This document shows, one piece after another, positions 12,857-24,514 of a stretch of 64,000 nucleotides of DNA. The translations under genes and the position numbers were made by a program. The stretch covers positions 116,624,001-116,688,000 of the forward strand of contig CM059432.1 of NCBI GenBank assembly GCA_030390025.1, given 5' to 3'. Every line of letters starts with the position of its first letter. Position 1 is the first letter of the stretch. Origin of the DNA: Squalus acanthias (taxonomy: Eukaryota). The notes beneath the pieces were generated by a model. That model had not been told where the DNA came from and ran no database searches. It saw only the letters and a program-made list of their open reading frames with translations.

Positions 12857-13330
12857 AACTGGCCAAGAGGAGTCTGTGTTCCATGTGCATATAGAATGTG
12901 AGAGGTTGCAGCCCATCTTCCATTATTTGAAGGGGCTGCTCCTCGATTTTTGGCTGCACTTCAGTCCCACGCTCCTGATCTTTGGTCACCCGGCGCGGAG
13001 AGGAGCGAGCAGATCGGGGGACCTCCTTGTAGGACTGCTCCTGGGCCTGGCCAAAGTGGCCATCAACTGGTCCAGGCAGCGGGCAGTCGAGGGGGTTGCT
13101 CGGCCCGACTGCCTGCCTCTCTTCCGCGGCCACATTCGCGCCCGGGTGGCCCTGGAGATGGAGCGCGCGGTGTCCACCGGCACGCTCGAGGCTTTCCGCG
13201 ACCGGTGGGCACCGCGGGGACTGGAGTGCATCATCACCCCGGACAACCAATTTTTAATCTAATTTATTAAGTTTCCTTTAATGTTTTAAGTTTAGTTACA
13301 GGTTATTTGGTTTAGTGTGTATCAAAAGAG
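12857..13330 (+). mobile_element. 5'-truncated L1/Tx1-clade LINE 3' end
   Basis: ESVFHVHIEC (end of a CCHC knuckle)..LLLGLAKVAI..FRDRW, then T-rich 3' UTR; 10-bp TSD TACACTGAAC at 12847-12856 and 13331-13340. Confidence 0.8.
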
Positions 13331-13480
13331 TACACTGAACCAATATCGCAGGCAGTCTAATTGCCACTCATGATTGCCACAGGCTTTTTCCACTACTTAA
13401 AGGGGAGGTTCATTGATGCTGCAGCACCCCATTGTCAGGCTTGTTGTGTCTGCAGCTGCCACAACAGCAAAGCAACCAAC

Positions 13481-15500
13481 ATTAGCAAAAAATATAAAAA
13501 CAGATAGTAAGAGTTTTTATAGTTATATAAAAAGAAAAAGGGTGGCTAAAGTAAATGTTGGTCCCTTAGAGGATGAGACCGGGAAATTAATGGTGGGAAA
13601 TATGGAGATGGCAAAAACACTGAATGAATATTTTGTATCAGTCTTTACAGTAGAGGACACTAAGAATATCCCAACACTGGACAAACAGGGGGCTATAGGG
13701 GGAGAGGAGCTAAACACGATCAAAATCACTAAGGAAGTGGTACTCGGTAAAATAATGGGACTCAAGGCGGATAAATCACCTGGACCTGATGGCTTACATC
13801 CTAGAGTCTTGAAGGAAGTGGCGGTAGGGATTGTAGATGCATTGGTAATAATTTTTCAAAACTCCCTGGATTCCGCTAAGGTCCCGGCAGACTGGAAAAC
13901 TGCTAATGTAACACCCTTATTTAAAAAGGGCAGTAGACAGAAGGCTGGTAACTATAGACCGGTTAGCCTAACATCTGTGGTAGGTAAAATTTTGGAGTCC
14001 ATTATTAAGGAAACAGTAACAGGACATTTGGATAATCATAATTTAATAGGACAAAGTCAGCATGGTTTTACGAAGGGGAAGTCATGTTTGACAAATTTGC
14101 TGGAGTTCTTTGAGGAAGTAACATATAGAGTGGATAAAGGGGAACCAGTGGACGTAGTGTATTTAGACTTCCAAAAGGCATTTGACAAGGTGCCACACAA
14201 AAGATTATTGCTTAAGGTAAAAAATCACGGGATTGGGGGTAATATTCTGGCATGGATAGAGGATTGGCTATCTAACAGAAAGCAAAGAGTTGGGATAAAT
14301 GGTTCATTCTCAGACTGGCAATCAGTAACTAGTGGTGTTCCACAGGGGTCAGTGCTGGGTCCCCAACTCTTCACAATCTATATTAACGATTTGGAGGAAG
14401 GGACCAAGTGTAACATATCAAAATTTGCAGATGATACAAAGATGGGAGGGAAAGTAGTGAGTGAGGAGGACATAAAAAACCTGCAAGGGGACATAGACAG
14501 GCTAAGTAAGTGGGCAGAGATTTGGCAGATGGAATACAACACTGGAAAGTGTGAGGTGATGCACTTTGGCAGGAAAAATCCTAGAGCAATTTATTATCTT
14601 AATGGCAAGAAACTGGAGAGTACTGAAGTGCAAAGGGATCTGGGGGTCCTGGTGCACGAAACTCAAAAGGTTAGTATGCAGGTGCAGCAAGTGATTAAGA
14701 AGGCAAATGGAATGTTGGCTTTCATTGCTAGGGGGATAGAATATAAAAATAGGGAGGTATTGCTTCAGTTGTACAAGGTATTGGTGAGACCGCACCTGGA
14801 ATACTGCATACAGTTTTGGTGTCCTTACTTAAGGAAAGACATCCTTGCTCTCGAGGCAGTGCAAAAAAGGTTCACTCGGTTAATCCCGGGGATGAGGGGG
14901 TGGTCATATGAGGAGAGGTTGGGTAGATTGGGACTCTACTCATTGGAGTTCAGAAGAATGAGAGGCGATCTTATTGAAACATATAAGATTGTGAAGGGGT
15001 TGGATCGGGTGGATGCGGGGAGGATGTTCCCGATGACGGGTGAGACGAGAACTAGGGGACATAGTCTTAGAATAAGGGGCTGCTCTTTCAAAACTGAGAT
15101 GAGGAGGAACTACTTCACTCAGAGGGTGGTAGGTCCATGGAATATGCTGCCACAAAAAGCTGTAGAAGCTACAACATTAATTAAATTTAAAACAGAAATA
15201 GACAGTTTCCTAGAAGTAAAGGGCATTAAGGGTTACGGGGAACGGGCAGGAATTTGGACATGAGTCTAGGTTCGGATCGGTCATGGCCCTGTGGGTAGTG
15301 GAGCGGGCCCAGGGACTGTGTAGCCTGATTCTGCTCCTATTTCGTGTGTGCAATTCTGTTAGATGCAGGAGATGGTTCTGTGATAGATAGTAGATTGGCG
15401 GTTAGGATCAGATCAGCCATGATCTTATTGAATGGCGGAGCAGGCTCGAGGGGCCGATTGGCCTACTCCTGCTCCTATTTCTTATGTTCTTATGTTCTTA
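13481..15500 (+). mobile_element. 5'-truncated young CR1 LINE with uninterrupted RT region (double-tail subfamily)
   Basis: Open frame to 15263 with [30 protein letters not shown] and FADD; (TTATGTTC)n tail. Confidence 0.97.
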
Positions 15501-15523
15501 TTAAGAAGCGATCAATTGCAGCC

Positions 15524-17853
15524 ATGGCAGACTCAGAGGGACAGAGCCTGCAGGTTCTCAGATGAAGCTCTTGAGGTATTGGTGTTTGCGGTGGAGAGGA
15601 GGCGGGCGGTCCTATACCTGCAAACTGGCAGGAGGCCCGTGCCACAAATATCCCAAACTATGTGGAGGGAGATTGCGGACCACGTCACAGGCAGCACTGT
15701 GGTCCCCAGGACCCACACCCAATGTAGGAAGAAGTTTAACGACCTCACACGAGTGGTCAGGGTGAGTGAAGGCTTCAGCAAATGCCACATACCACCATCT
15801 GTACCACAAGCTTCACACACTGCTCAATGCACCACACCCCCAGCACTCACCCACCAACAATCTCTACCTAGCAACACTTGCACCCACATCTCACACCTTG
15901 CACACAATGACAGCTATTCAACCATGGCAGGCACATCACCCAAACACATTGCACTGAACTCACTCAACACTTCTCTTTCTCTTGCAGACCAATCTGGCAC
16001 AGAATCACAGGGAGTAGGAGCGGGCAGGTGGGGGCCAGGTGGACATTGAAGAGCTGAGCCAGCTGCAGAATCGAGTGCTGGATATATTTGGGCGCCATGT
16101 CGTCGACGCTGTGGCCACTGGTGATGTTGACCTCCTAGGAGACAACAACGGTATGTTCATTCCTAATCCTTGTTCTTACACCCTACGTCCCCCTCAGCCC
16201 ACAATCTTTTCTCACTTTCAAGCTACAGGCTATATGCAAGCATTTCTCTCTTTCCCGCTACCCGTCCCTCACCATAACCTGACTCTTGTGCCTTTTTGCT
16301 TTCAGATAATCAGCAAGCACCTGAGGGGGGTGGGGGGAGGACAAGGAGGAGGAGGAGGAGGAGGAGGAGGAGGATGAGGAGGGGGATGAGGAGGAGGAGG
16401 AGGAGGAGGATAAGGATGAGGAGGGGGATGAGGAGGAGGAGGAGGAGTCGGAGGAGGAGGAGGAGGATGAGGAGGGGGACGAGGAGGAGGAGGAGGTTGA
16501 GGAAGGGGACGAGGAGGAGGACGAGGAGGAGGAGAAGGAGGAGGAGGAGGATAAGGATGAGGAGGGGGATGAGGAGGAGGAGTCGGAGTCGGAGGAGGAG
16601 GAGGAGGATGAGGAGGGGGACGAGGAGGAGGAGGAGGTTGAGGAAGGGGACGAGGAGGAGGACGAGGAGGAGGAGAAGGAGGAGGAGGAGGATAAGGATG
16701 AGGAGGGGGATGAGGAGGAGGAGGAGGAGGCGGAGGAGGAGGAGGGTGAGGAGGGGGACGAGGAGGAGGAGGAGGAGGATAAGGATGAGGAGGGGGATGA
16801 GGAGGAGGAGGAGGAGGCGGAGGAGGAGGAGGGTGAGGAGGGGGATGAGGATGAGGAGGGGGACGAGGAGGAGGAGGGCGAGGAGGAGGACGAGGACCAG
16901 GGGGAAAGGATAGCTCGGGGGCCAGCTCCCCGGAGGGCGAGTTCGCGCGTGAATTCTGCTGCACAGGACTCAGATGATGACCTCGATGGGGAGAACTTCA
17001 GAAGAAGGGTGATGGGCATGCACACGGAAATGAAAGGTGCAATGGCAAGCCTGCCAGAGAGCCTCTCAGCAATGTCAACGAGCATGGAGCAGTCCGTCTC
17101 CAACATTGCACAGGGCTCTGCACAGAGCATAGAGCCCAGGATTTCCAGTCTGGAAATGATGGTACACTCCCAGAGAGACCGTGGCGACCCAGACGCGATG
17201 GCGTGCCTCGTGGGCGATGTCACAGCTACCATTACAGCACAGGTGGAAGCGACCCAAGGTCTTAGTGCTGCAGCGGAAGCTCAGACTGCTCTCATGCAGT
17301 CTCACGTGATGCCACCCAAGCTCAGACCGCTGTCGTGCAGTCTTGGCTTGAGGCCACCCATACTTAGACTACTCTCATGCAGTCTCAGCTTGATGCCATG
17401 CAAGCTGTGACTGCTGCCATGGTGGCTGGGTTTACCACCATCGACCAGGGCATGCAGGGTGTCACAGCAGGCCAGCAATTGCTAGGAATACTGAGGTGCC
17501 ACCCCAGGGGAGTGCCAGTGAGTCAGTGGAGCAGGAAGCTGCTGTCCTCTCTCAGGATGACAGCATTCCTACTCCCACCAATGCCACTCCGCCATTGCCC
17601 TTGTCGCTGCCTATCAGCCAGCCAGCCCAGACTGCTTGCCGCACATGCCGAGGTGGTGCAGTCTACAGCCGGGCCTTCCAGGCCCAGAGCTGGTCGAGGG
17701 CGTCCTGCAAGGCCATCTGAAGTCACCCGCACGGAAACACAGCAGCCTTACACCAGCTCTGCTGTAGCCATAGGGGGAGCACTGTGTAGGAGCACTAGAT
17801 CAGGAAAGAGCACCCGATCGACAGGCTCTAAGGGATTGCACAAGGGTGATTAG
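15524..17853 (+). pseudogene. Harbinger Myb/SANT-like DNA-binding protein gene; exons about 15524-15761, 15988-16150, 16306-17853
   Basis: RFSDEALEVLV..W.EIA..V...RT..QCRKKFNDL; GT-AG introns with matching phases; frameshift after the ATG, TAG at 16015-16017, frameshift in the G-run near 16330. Confidence 0.85.
16337..16897 (+). repeat. (GAG/GAT/GAC)-rich triplet expansion encoding about 185 mostly Glu/Asp residues
   Basis: Purine-rich triplet array in frame with the downstream QGERIARGPAP block; GATAAGGATGAG landmark recurs at about 141-bp spacing. Confidence 0.9.
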
Positions 17854-18029
17854 TTAATAGTATTAATGTAAATATGTGTGATATGATTATAGATAAATTT
17901 ATTAATAGTGTTTGGAATCTTTTGTGGTGTCTCTCATTTCAGCTGTGCCCCTAGGAGGATGCTGTGATATATCGTGAGACAGGGATGGTATGATGGGGAT
18001 GTGGTGAGCAACGGGGATCTGTGGTTTCA

Positions 18030-19181
18030 ATCATGCGAATCAGAGTTTGATGAGTCGTTCACGGACAGCCCGACCGGAAGGCTGATTGTCTGCCTGCCTC
18101 CTCCCTCATCCTCCTCCTCCTTCTCCTCTCCCTCATCCTCTTCCTAAGGTGGTCCCACAATCCCTGGTGGCAAGGTCTGGGCCTTCATGATGGTCAAGTT
18201 GTGGAGCATGCAGCAGACCACCACGAAATGGGACACCCGCTTAGCCGAATATTGGAGGGCTCCTCCCGAGCGGTCAAGGCAGCGGAACTGTTGCTTCAGT
18301 AGGCCGATGGTCTGCTTGATGAGGTACCTGGTGGCAGCATGGCTCTCATTATATGAGTGCTGGGCACGAGTGTTGGGGTTGTGGAGGGGAGTCATGAGCC
18401 AGGTGGAGAGTGGATAGCCCTTGTCTCCGAGCAGCCACCCTCGAGCTTGATGTGGTGACTGGAAGATTGCTGGCACACCGGACTGGCGCAGGATGAAGGC
18501 ATCGTGGCTGCTGCCAGGATAATGGGCATTGACATTGAGGATTTGCTGTGCGTGGTCACACACCGACTGCACATTAAGTGAGTGGTAGCCTTTGCAGTTA
18601 TGGAAGATCTCAGGATTGTCATGCGGCGCCCACAAAGCCAGGTGGGTGCAGTCGATAGCACCTTGCACCATGGGAATGCCCGTTATCCTGGCAAAGTCAC
18701 ATGCTCGCTTGTCCTGCTTATCTCTGGTGAGAGGGAAGCCAATGTAGTCCCTTCTCCTGGTGTAGAGAGCCTCTGTGACCTCTCGGATGCAGCGATGGAC
18801 GGCGAACTGTGAGATGTTAGCTAATTCTCCTGCTACAGACTGGAAGGATCCGCTGGTGAAGAAATTGAGGGCTACAGTGACCATGACTGCCACTGGGAGA
18901 GCCGTGGTCGCCCTGCTCTGGGGCTGCAGGTCTGGTTGCAGGGGGTGGCAGAGTTCTGTGACCACCTCCTTGGTGAAGCGAAGCCTCCTAATACACTGCT
19001 CCTTGCTTAATTGGAGGTAGGAGAGGTGATGTCGGAAGACCCTAGGTGGGTAAGGCCTCCTTTTGAGAGCCCTAATGGCCCTCCTCCTCCCTCTGCGCAC
19101 ATGTTCCCGTCTTTCTCGCTGCCTCCATTCCCTCCGCCATAGATCCTGGAGAGCGAGGTCGACTGCCAGTACAGCCCCCAT
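18030..19181 (-). pseudogene. Harbinger (HARBI1-like) DDE transposase, probably inactive
   Basis: Probable ATG at 19181; GAIDCTH, GYHSLNVQ.VCD, YPGSSHDAFIL, WLLGDKGYP, CMLHN; third catalytic Glu reads Lys (LIKQTIG); TAG at 18144-18146 precedes an acidic tail. Confidence 0.93.
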
Positions 19182-19679
19182 GACTTTTAACAAGTTTGTA
19201 GTTTGAAGTGTTTCAAAAATAATGAGGGAGTTTTGTACTTGCCAGAAAACTCCGATACCAAATAACTTTGAAATAACTAAAGAAAACTGTTGCAGTAGCA
19301 GGAAGTACTCAAACAGCCACTCAAACTGCAAAACCCTGTCAGGTGCGAGTGATTGGTGATGATCCCTTTAAATATCGTCGCTGGAGCCGGCTTCCTGCTG
19401 CTGCACGCCAGCTCTACCTGTCGTTGCTTTCTCCAGCTGGTAACTGCAATGGCCAAAACAAAGTTGGGAGATTGTACGTCAAGTTAGTATTGCACACTCA
19501 CTGACGTCATGATCTCCGTGATCGCGATGTCCTCGGCGATCGAGTTTACCGGCATCAATACCAGCAACTCGAAAATGGTGCCCGCCGCTGGAACTGCCAT
19601 CAGCTGGCAGTAGAGCGCCGGCCGGCGTTTTGGCGCCATCTCATGGCAATGAAGACATGAATTTTTAGCCCCTGGTCCT

Positions 19680-20125
19680 TTTTTAAAAAATTAATTCATG
19701 GGATGTGAACGTCACTGGCAAGATCAGCATTTATTGCCCATCCTAATTGCCCTTGAGAAGGTGGTGGTGAGCCGCCTTCTTGAACTGCTGCAGTCCATGA
19801 TACTCCTTTGTAGTGGTTTGTTACAACTGAGTGGCTTGCTAGGCCCATTTCAGAGGGCAGTTAAGAGTCAACCACACTGCTGTGGGTCTGGAGTCACACA
19901 TAGGCCAGACCAGGTAAGGACAGCAGATTTCTTTCCTCAAGGACATTAGTGAACCAAATGGGTTTTTACGATAATCCGATAGTTTCATGGTCACCATTAC
20001 TGATACTAGCTTTTTATTCCAGATTTATTTCATTAACTGAATTTAAATTCCACAGCTGCCGTGGTGGGATTTGAACTCACGTCTCGGATCATTAGTTCAG
20101 GCCTCTGGATTACTAGCCCAGTAAC
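19680..20125 (-). mobile_element. tRNA-derived SINE whose tail matches the LINE at 31775-33608
   Basis: B-box GAGTTCAAATCCC near 20075; 3' end CAGCAGTTCAAGAAGGCGGCTCACCACCACCTTCTCAAGGGCAATTAGG is shared with 33498-33548. Confidence 0.85.
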
Positions 20126-20909
20126 AGTTCTGGGAATCATACTGCTGGCTGAGTGTTGTGTATCGTCAGGCAATCCCAGATCATCGCTCCAGCCCATCCT
20201 AAATTAAGAGAATTATTGCATTGAATGGATTTGCTTCAGGACACGTGGGGCCTGGTAACTTGTCTTTGACTTCTGCACAGTGTTAATGTGTAAATTAAGC
20301 CAGGAAGGCATTGTTTAAGAGCCAGCAACAACTCCCACCTTAGAATCATTTAACTTGGAAGTTGAACCATTGTAAGAAACATGCTGGGAAGTGCAGTGAG
20401 ACCACTGTAAGAGGAAATGGCTCATTGAAATACCCTAAAATGATATCACGGTGGTGGCAGAAATCCGTCCCGTCACACCTGGTTTCAAAAAAATAAAAGC
20501 GAACAGTGTGACTTAGAACTACTGCAATAGTGCTAAGTACCTGAGAAACATTTCATTTATTTCCCCTCCCCAATTTTTCTTTCCTTTTCTCGCTAAGGTA
20601 TGTTTCCACAGCTGCTGGCAGCCATCTGATGTTTCCCCCCAAGTGGCCATTCTTTATCTGTGAGCCTAGACAGTGAGTATTAGCAGGCTATTCAACTGTG
20701 GAGGACTGTCCTCGCCCAACCTCCACACATGCACACTCTAGTAGAGGTCACAGGGTAAGGTTCAGGAGCTGATGTCCCCTTCCCATGCCACAGGGCCTTG
20801 TAGCATTCCAACTGCTGCCCAGAAACACGTAATTTAAGGAGCTCCACACCAGATGGTGTTGTTAAGGAAATGCTTCAAGTTCTTCAGCTCCATCCCCAAC
20901 TCACTTTTA

Positions 20910-21213
20910 ATTGCTGTTGGTTGAGGGAGGAATGTTGGCCCAGACACTGTGAGAACTTTCTTCTCTTCTTTGAGCTGTGCCAAGGGACCTTTAATGTCGG
21001 CTTGAGATGACAGCTGGGGCTTTGGTCTACTACATTGCATTAGGGTCTTTGGTCTACTATCTCATCCGAAGGACACCACGGCTGATGATGCAGCACTCCC
21101 TCAGCTATACACTGGGACGCCGGCCTAAATGATGTGTTCAAATCATGGAGTGAGGGCTTCAACCTTCTGACTCAGAGGTGAGACAGTGTTATCAACTGAG
21201 CCAAGCAGACACC
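20910..21213 (-). mobile_element. Decayed Deu-domain SINE (SacSINE1/AmnSINE1-like)
   Basis: TGAGGGAGTGCTGCATC..CCTTCGGATGAG core; similar to 34855-35250. Confidence 0.7.
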
Positions 21214-21765
21214 TACAATAATAACAGCAACATATATTTATATAGTGCCCTTAACATAGACAAGCTTCCCAAAGTGCTTTACCGAGGCATAATTAAAAAA
21301 TTGTAATTGATTACAAGGTGTCACTACAATATCCTATGTGTACCTTGGCAGGAAGGATCAGTGTCATTTTTTCTCCTTCCTGCTGACTCTGTCTTTACCA
21401 CTTGATTAATGTATGGAATAATGAGCTGAATTACAATTTTTGTATGGAATGTGCATGGGAACAAAAAGGCCTTTAACCAGTGCGACTGGGCTGTTTACCC
21501 TCAATACGCTAAATTATGAACAATAGGAAATGAATATCTAGTTTCTTAAAATAACACTAGCGCACTCTCCTTTATATCAACAAGCATTTGCTTAAAACCT
21601 GTTGAATATTTACTCCATCAACACTAACCTGAATGAAATAAGATCACGGCATCATTCACTGCTGTGCAGTTTTGGATTTCCGACAGCAGATGGCAGCTAG
21701 GTGAAGAGCTTGGCCGTTAACTGGAAGAAATACAAAACAAATCCCAGTGCTGCCTTTAAGGACAC

Positions 21766-21838
21766 GTATCTGTAATGCAGTGGTTACCACATTTGCTTGA
21801 CATGCAGAAGATCCCTAGTTCAAAACTAGACAGACACA
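21766..21838 (+). pseudogene. tRNA-Val pseudogene
   Basis: 73 nt colinear with vertebrate tRNA-Val (GTTTCCGTAGTGTAGTGGTTATCAC..GGTTCGAAACCGGGCGGAAACA); differences are mostly CpG transitions. Confidence 0.8.
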
Positions 21839-21846
21839 TCTGTGTC

Positions 21847-21919
21847 CTCAGGAGGGCCGAGTGATCTAAGGTGCTATATTCTGGTTCTCTGAGGCCTGAG
21901 TTCAAATCCCATTTCATTG
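21847..21919 (+). pseudogene. tRNA-Leu pseudogene with internal deletion
   Basis: TCAGGAGGGCCGAGTGATCTAAGGTGC..GAGGCCTGAGTTCAAATCCCATTTC matches the tRNA-Leu 5' and T-arm sequences. Confidence 0.7.
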
Positions 21920-22109
21920 GTTTAGGAGGAAAGAAGAAGAAAAAATACAAAACCACAAAAGAATGTTTCTGCATTTATTCAGAATAACCAAGGTAGGATT
22001 TTTTTTAACAAAATGTGTAATGAAGTTGATGACTTTATAAAAAATAAGTAATGTCTTCTCTCTGGATGTCTCCTGCCCCATTACATATGAATAGTGAGTG
22101 ATTTTTTTC

Positions 22110-22525
22110 ACTTCCAAACTTGATATTTCTACTGCTTTCCTCGCTGGCCTCCGTCTGTCCATGCTCTATAAACTTTAACCTGTCCAAAATGCAGCTGCCT
22201 GTGTGACATGAAGACCCACTTGCCCATTAGTTCCATCCTTGCCGACCTGCACTGGCTCCCTGTCCCTCAACACATTAAATTTAAAATCTTTGTCTTCATC
22301 TTCAAATCCCTCCATGGCCTTGCTCCACTCTACTTCTACAACTTCAACCAGACCTTGCTCTCTCTCCCGTACCCTTTGATCTGCCGAATCAGGCCTCTTG
22401 AATCTCCCTCTGCTCCACTATATCTGGCAGAGCTATCTGCTATCCTTAGGCTCTTTCTTTGGTATTCTCTCATGAAACCCCTTTACATATCTTATCAAAA
22501 CCCACCTTTCCATCCAAGCCTTTAT
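22110..22525 (+). mobile_element. Old L2 LINE fragment
   Basis: PISSILADLHWLPVPQHIKFKI..FKSLHGLAP, an L2 ORF2 C-terminal motif. Confidence 0.8.
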
Positions 22526-22539
22526 TCACTATCTAGGAA

Positions 22540-23815
22540 GGGACATAGGAAAAGGAGTAGGCCATTCAGCCTCTCGAGCCTGTTCCGCCATTCAATTGAA
22601 TCCTGGTTCCAGATTTCCACTACCCTTTGTGTGAAGAAGTGCTTTCTGACATCAACCCTGAGCGGCCTAGCTCTAATTTTAAGGTTATGCCCCTTGTTCT
22701 ACACTCCCCCACCAGAGGAAATAGTTTCTCTCTATCTGCCCTATCAAATATTTTAATCATATTAAACACCTCAATTAGATCACCCATTAATCCTCTATAT
22801 TCAAGGGAATACAAGCCTAGTCTATGCAACCTGTCCTCATAATTTAACCCTTTTTGCCCCAGTATAATTCTGGTGAATCTGTGCTGCACCCGCTTCAAGG
22901 TCAATATATCCTTCCTGAGGTGGAGTGCCCAGAACTGAACGCTGTATTCCAGATGGGGTCTAACAGAGCTCTGTACAGCTGTAACATAACTTCCACCCCT
23001 TTGTATTCCAGCCTCTTGAGATAAAGGCTAACATTCCATTTGCCTTTTAAGTTAATTTTTTGTACTTGTCCAATAGCCTTTAGTGATTTCTGTACTTGGC
23101 CCCCTAAATCTCTGCTCATCCACAGTTCCTAACTTCTCACCATTTAGAAAATACTCTGATCTATCTTTCTTAGGTCCAAAGTGGATGACCTCATATTTCA
23201 CCACATTGAACTCCATCTGCCACAGTTTTGTCCACTCACTTAATCGATCAATATCCCTTTGCAACTTTCTACTCCCATCTACACTATTTACTGTGCTAGC
23301 TAACTTAGTGCCGTCAGCAAACTTGGAAATACTACTCTCTACTCCTTCATTCAAATCATTTATAAATATAGTGAAAAGCTGAGGCCACAGTACAGATCCC
23401 TGGGAGACACCACTAGCCACATCCTGCCAATTAGAGTACATACCCATTATCCCTACTCTCTGTCTCCTACGTCCTAACCAATTCCCTATCCAAGCCAATA
23501 TGTTGCCTTCAATTCAATGTGTTCTCATTTTTGTTAACAGTCTCTTGTGTGGAACCTTGTCAAATTCCTTCTGGAATTCCATATAAACAACATCCACAGA
23601 CATTCTCTTATCTACCACGTCAGTTACCTCCTCAAAAAATTCAACTAGGTTCGTTAGACATGACTTATCCGTTACAAACCCATGCTGGCTCTCTGATCAG
23701 CTCATACTTGTCCAAATGCTCAGCCACTCTGTCCTTAATAACAAATTCTAGTAACTTCCCCACAACTGGCGTTAGAATAATAGGTCTATAATTTCCTACT
23801 TTGTCTCTCCTACCC
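22540..23815 (-). mobile_element. Decayed CR1 LINE (RT to 3' tail)
   Basis: Frameshifted NYRPI.LT, GVSQGSVL, FADG and GDLIEVF blocks. Confidence 0.9.
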
Positions 23816-24514
23816 TCTTTCTGGCTGAGTGTTCTGTTCCTCTTGTGCCATATAAATGAGTAAAAAGATTTCTGCAGTAGGAGCACTTCTGTAAACCTTT
23901 TAGTTCAAATAAACTTACATTGGAGGTCAATGGGACTATTTAACAAATGCACTAGCTCCTCCCTAATGTGCCTCCTGTTTAAATCTCCAGTTACAGGGCT
24001 AGATTTTATACTCACAAAGCTCTAAAGTTGCCAATGAGTGAAATTTGTAGCAACTTAGTACAAAGTTTAAGTAATGTTGTTTTTGGAAATGTAATTGCAC
24101 AAATTTCCAGTCCACTTTCACTCCTCCACTGTGGCACTAATGCCAATATGTCCACAGGATGGGGTGAGGCATCAGAGACAGGCTAAACTACTAATGCTGG
24201 GATATGGATTGGCATCCACGATTTCACACACAGTGGGGCCGATTTACAGTTTAGGCCCTCAATGGTGCACACAGAACAGCGAGTATCTGCTACATGGACT
24301 GGCTTGCTATACAGAGTGGCAACGAGAATTTGGTGAGAGTTAGAATTCAGTGCAGAGGAGGAGGAGGTGCTAAGTGCTTTAAACCAAGAGGCAACAGTAA
24401 ATAATCAGAGTAATTAATTCGATCTTACGGGTTTTTTTTAAAGCAAAATGATGGGACAGCTGAGACCCATTGCCAGCAATTCCTGTGCCATGCGAGAACT
24501 CCAGGACACTCCGT

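Larger units (their letters stand above)
11955..19671. mobile_element. Full-length decayed PIF/Harbinger DNA transposon with nested LINEs
   Basis: TIRs GGGCTAGAAATTC (11955-11967) and GAATTTTTAGCCC (19659-19671), one mismatch; CTG duplicated at 11952-11954 and 19672-19674; contains Myb/SANT gene (+) and DDE transposase (-). Confidence 0.92.

Noticed and set aside
16258..17232. Poly-Ser, poly-Pro and poly-Arg ORFs
   Set aside because: These are alternative frames of the GAG-rich repeat; only the acidic frame joins homologous downstream sequence.
18144..19331. Domesticated HARBI1 gene
   Set aside because: It lies between TIRs with a TSD next to a broken Myb gene, so it is a transposon copy.
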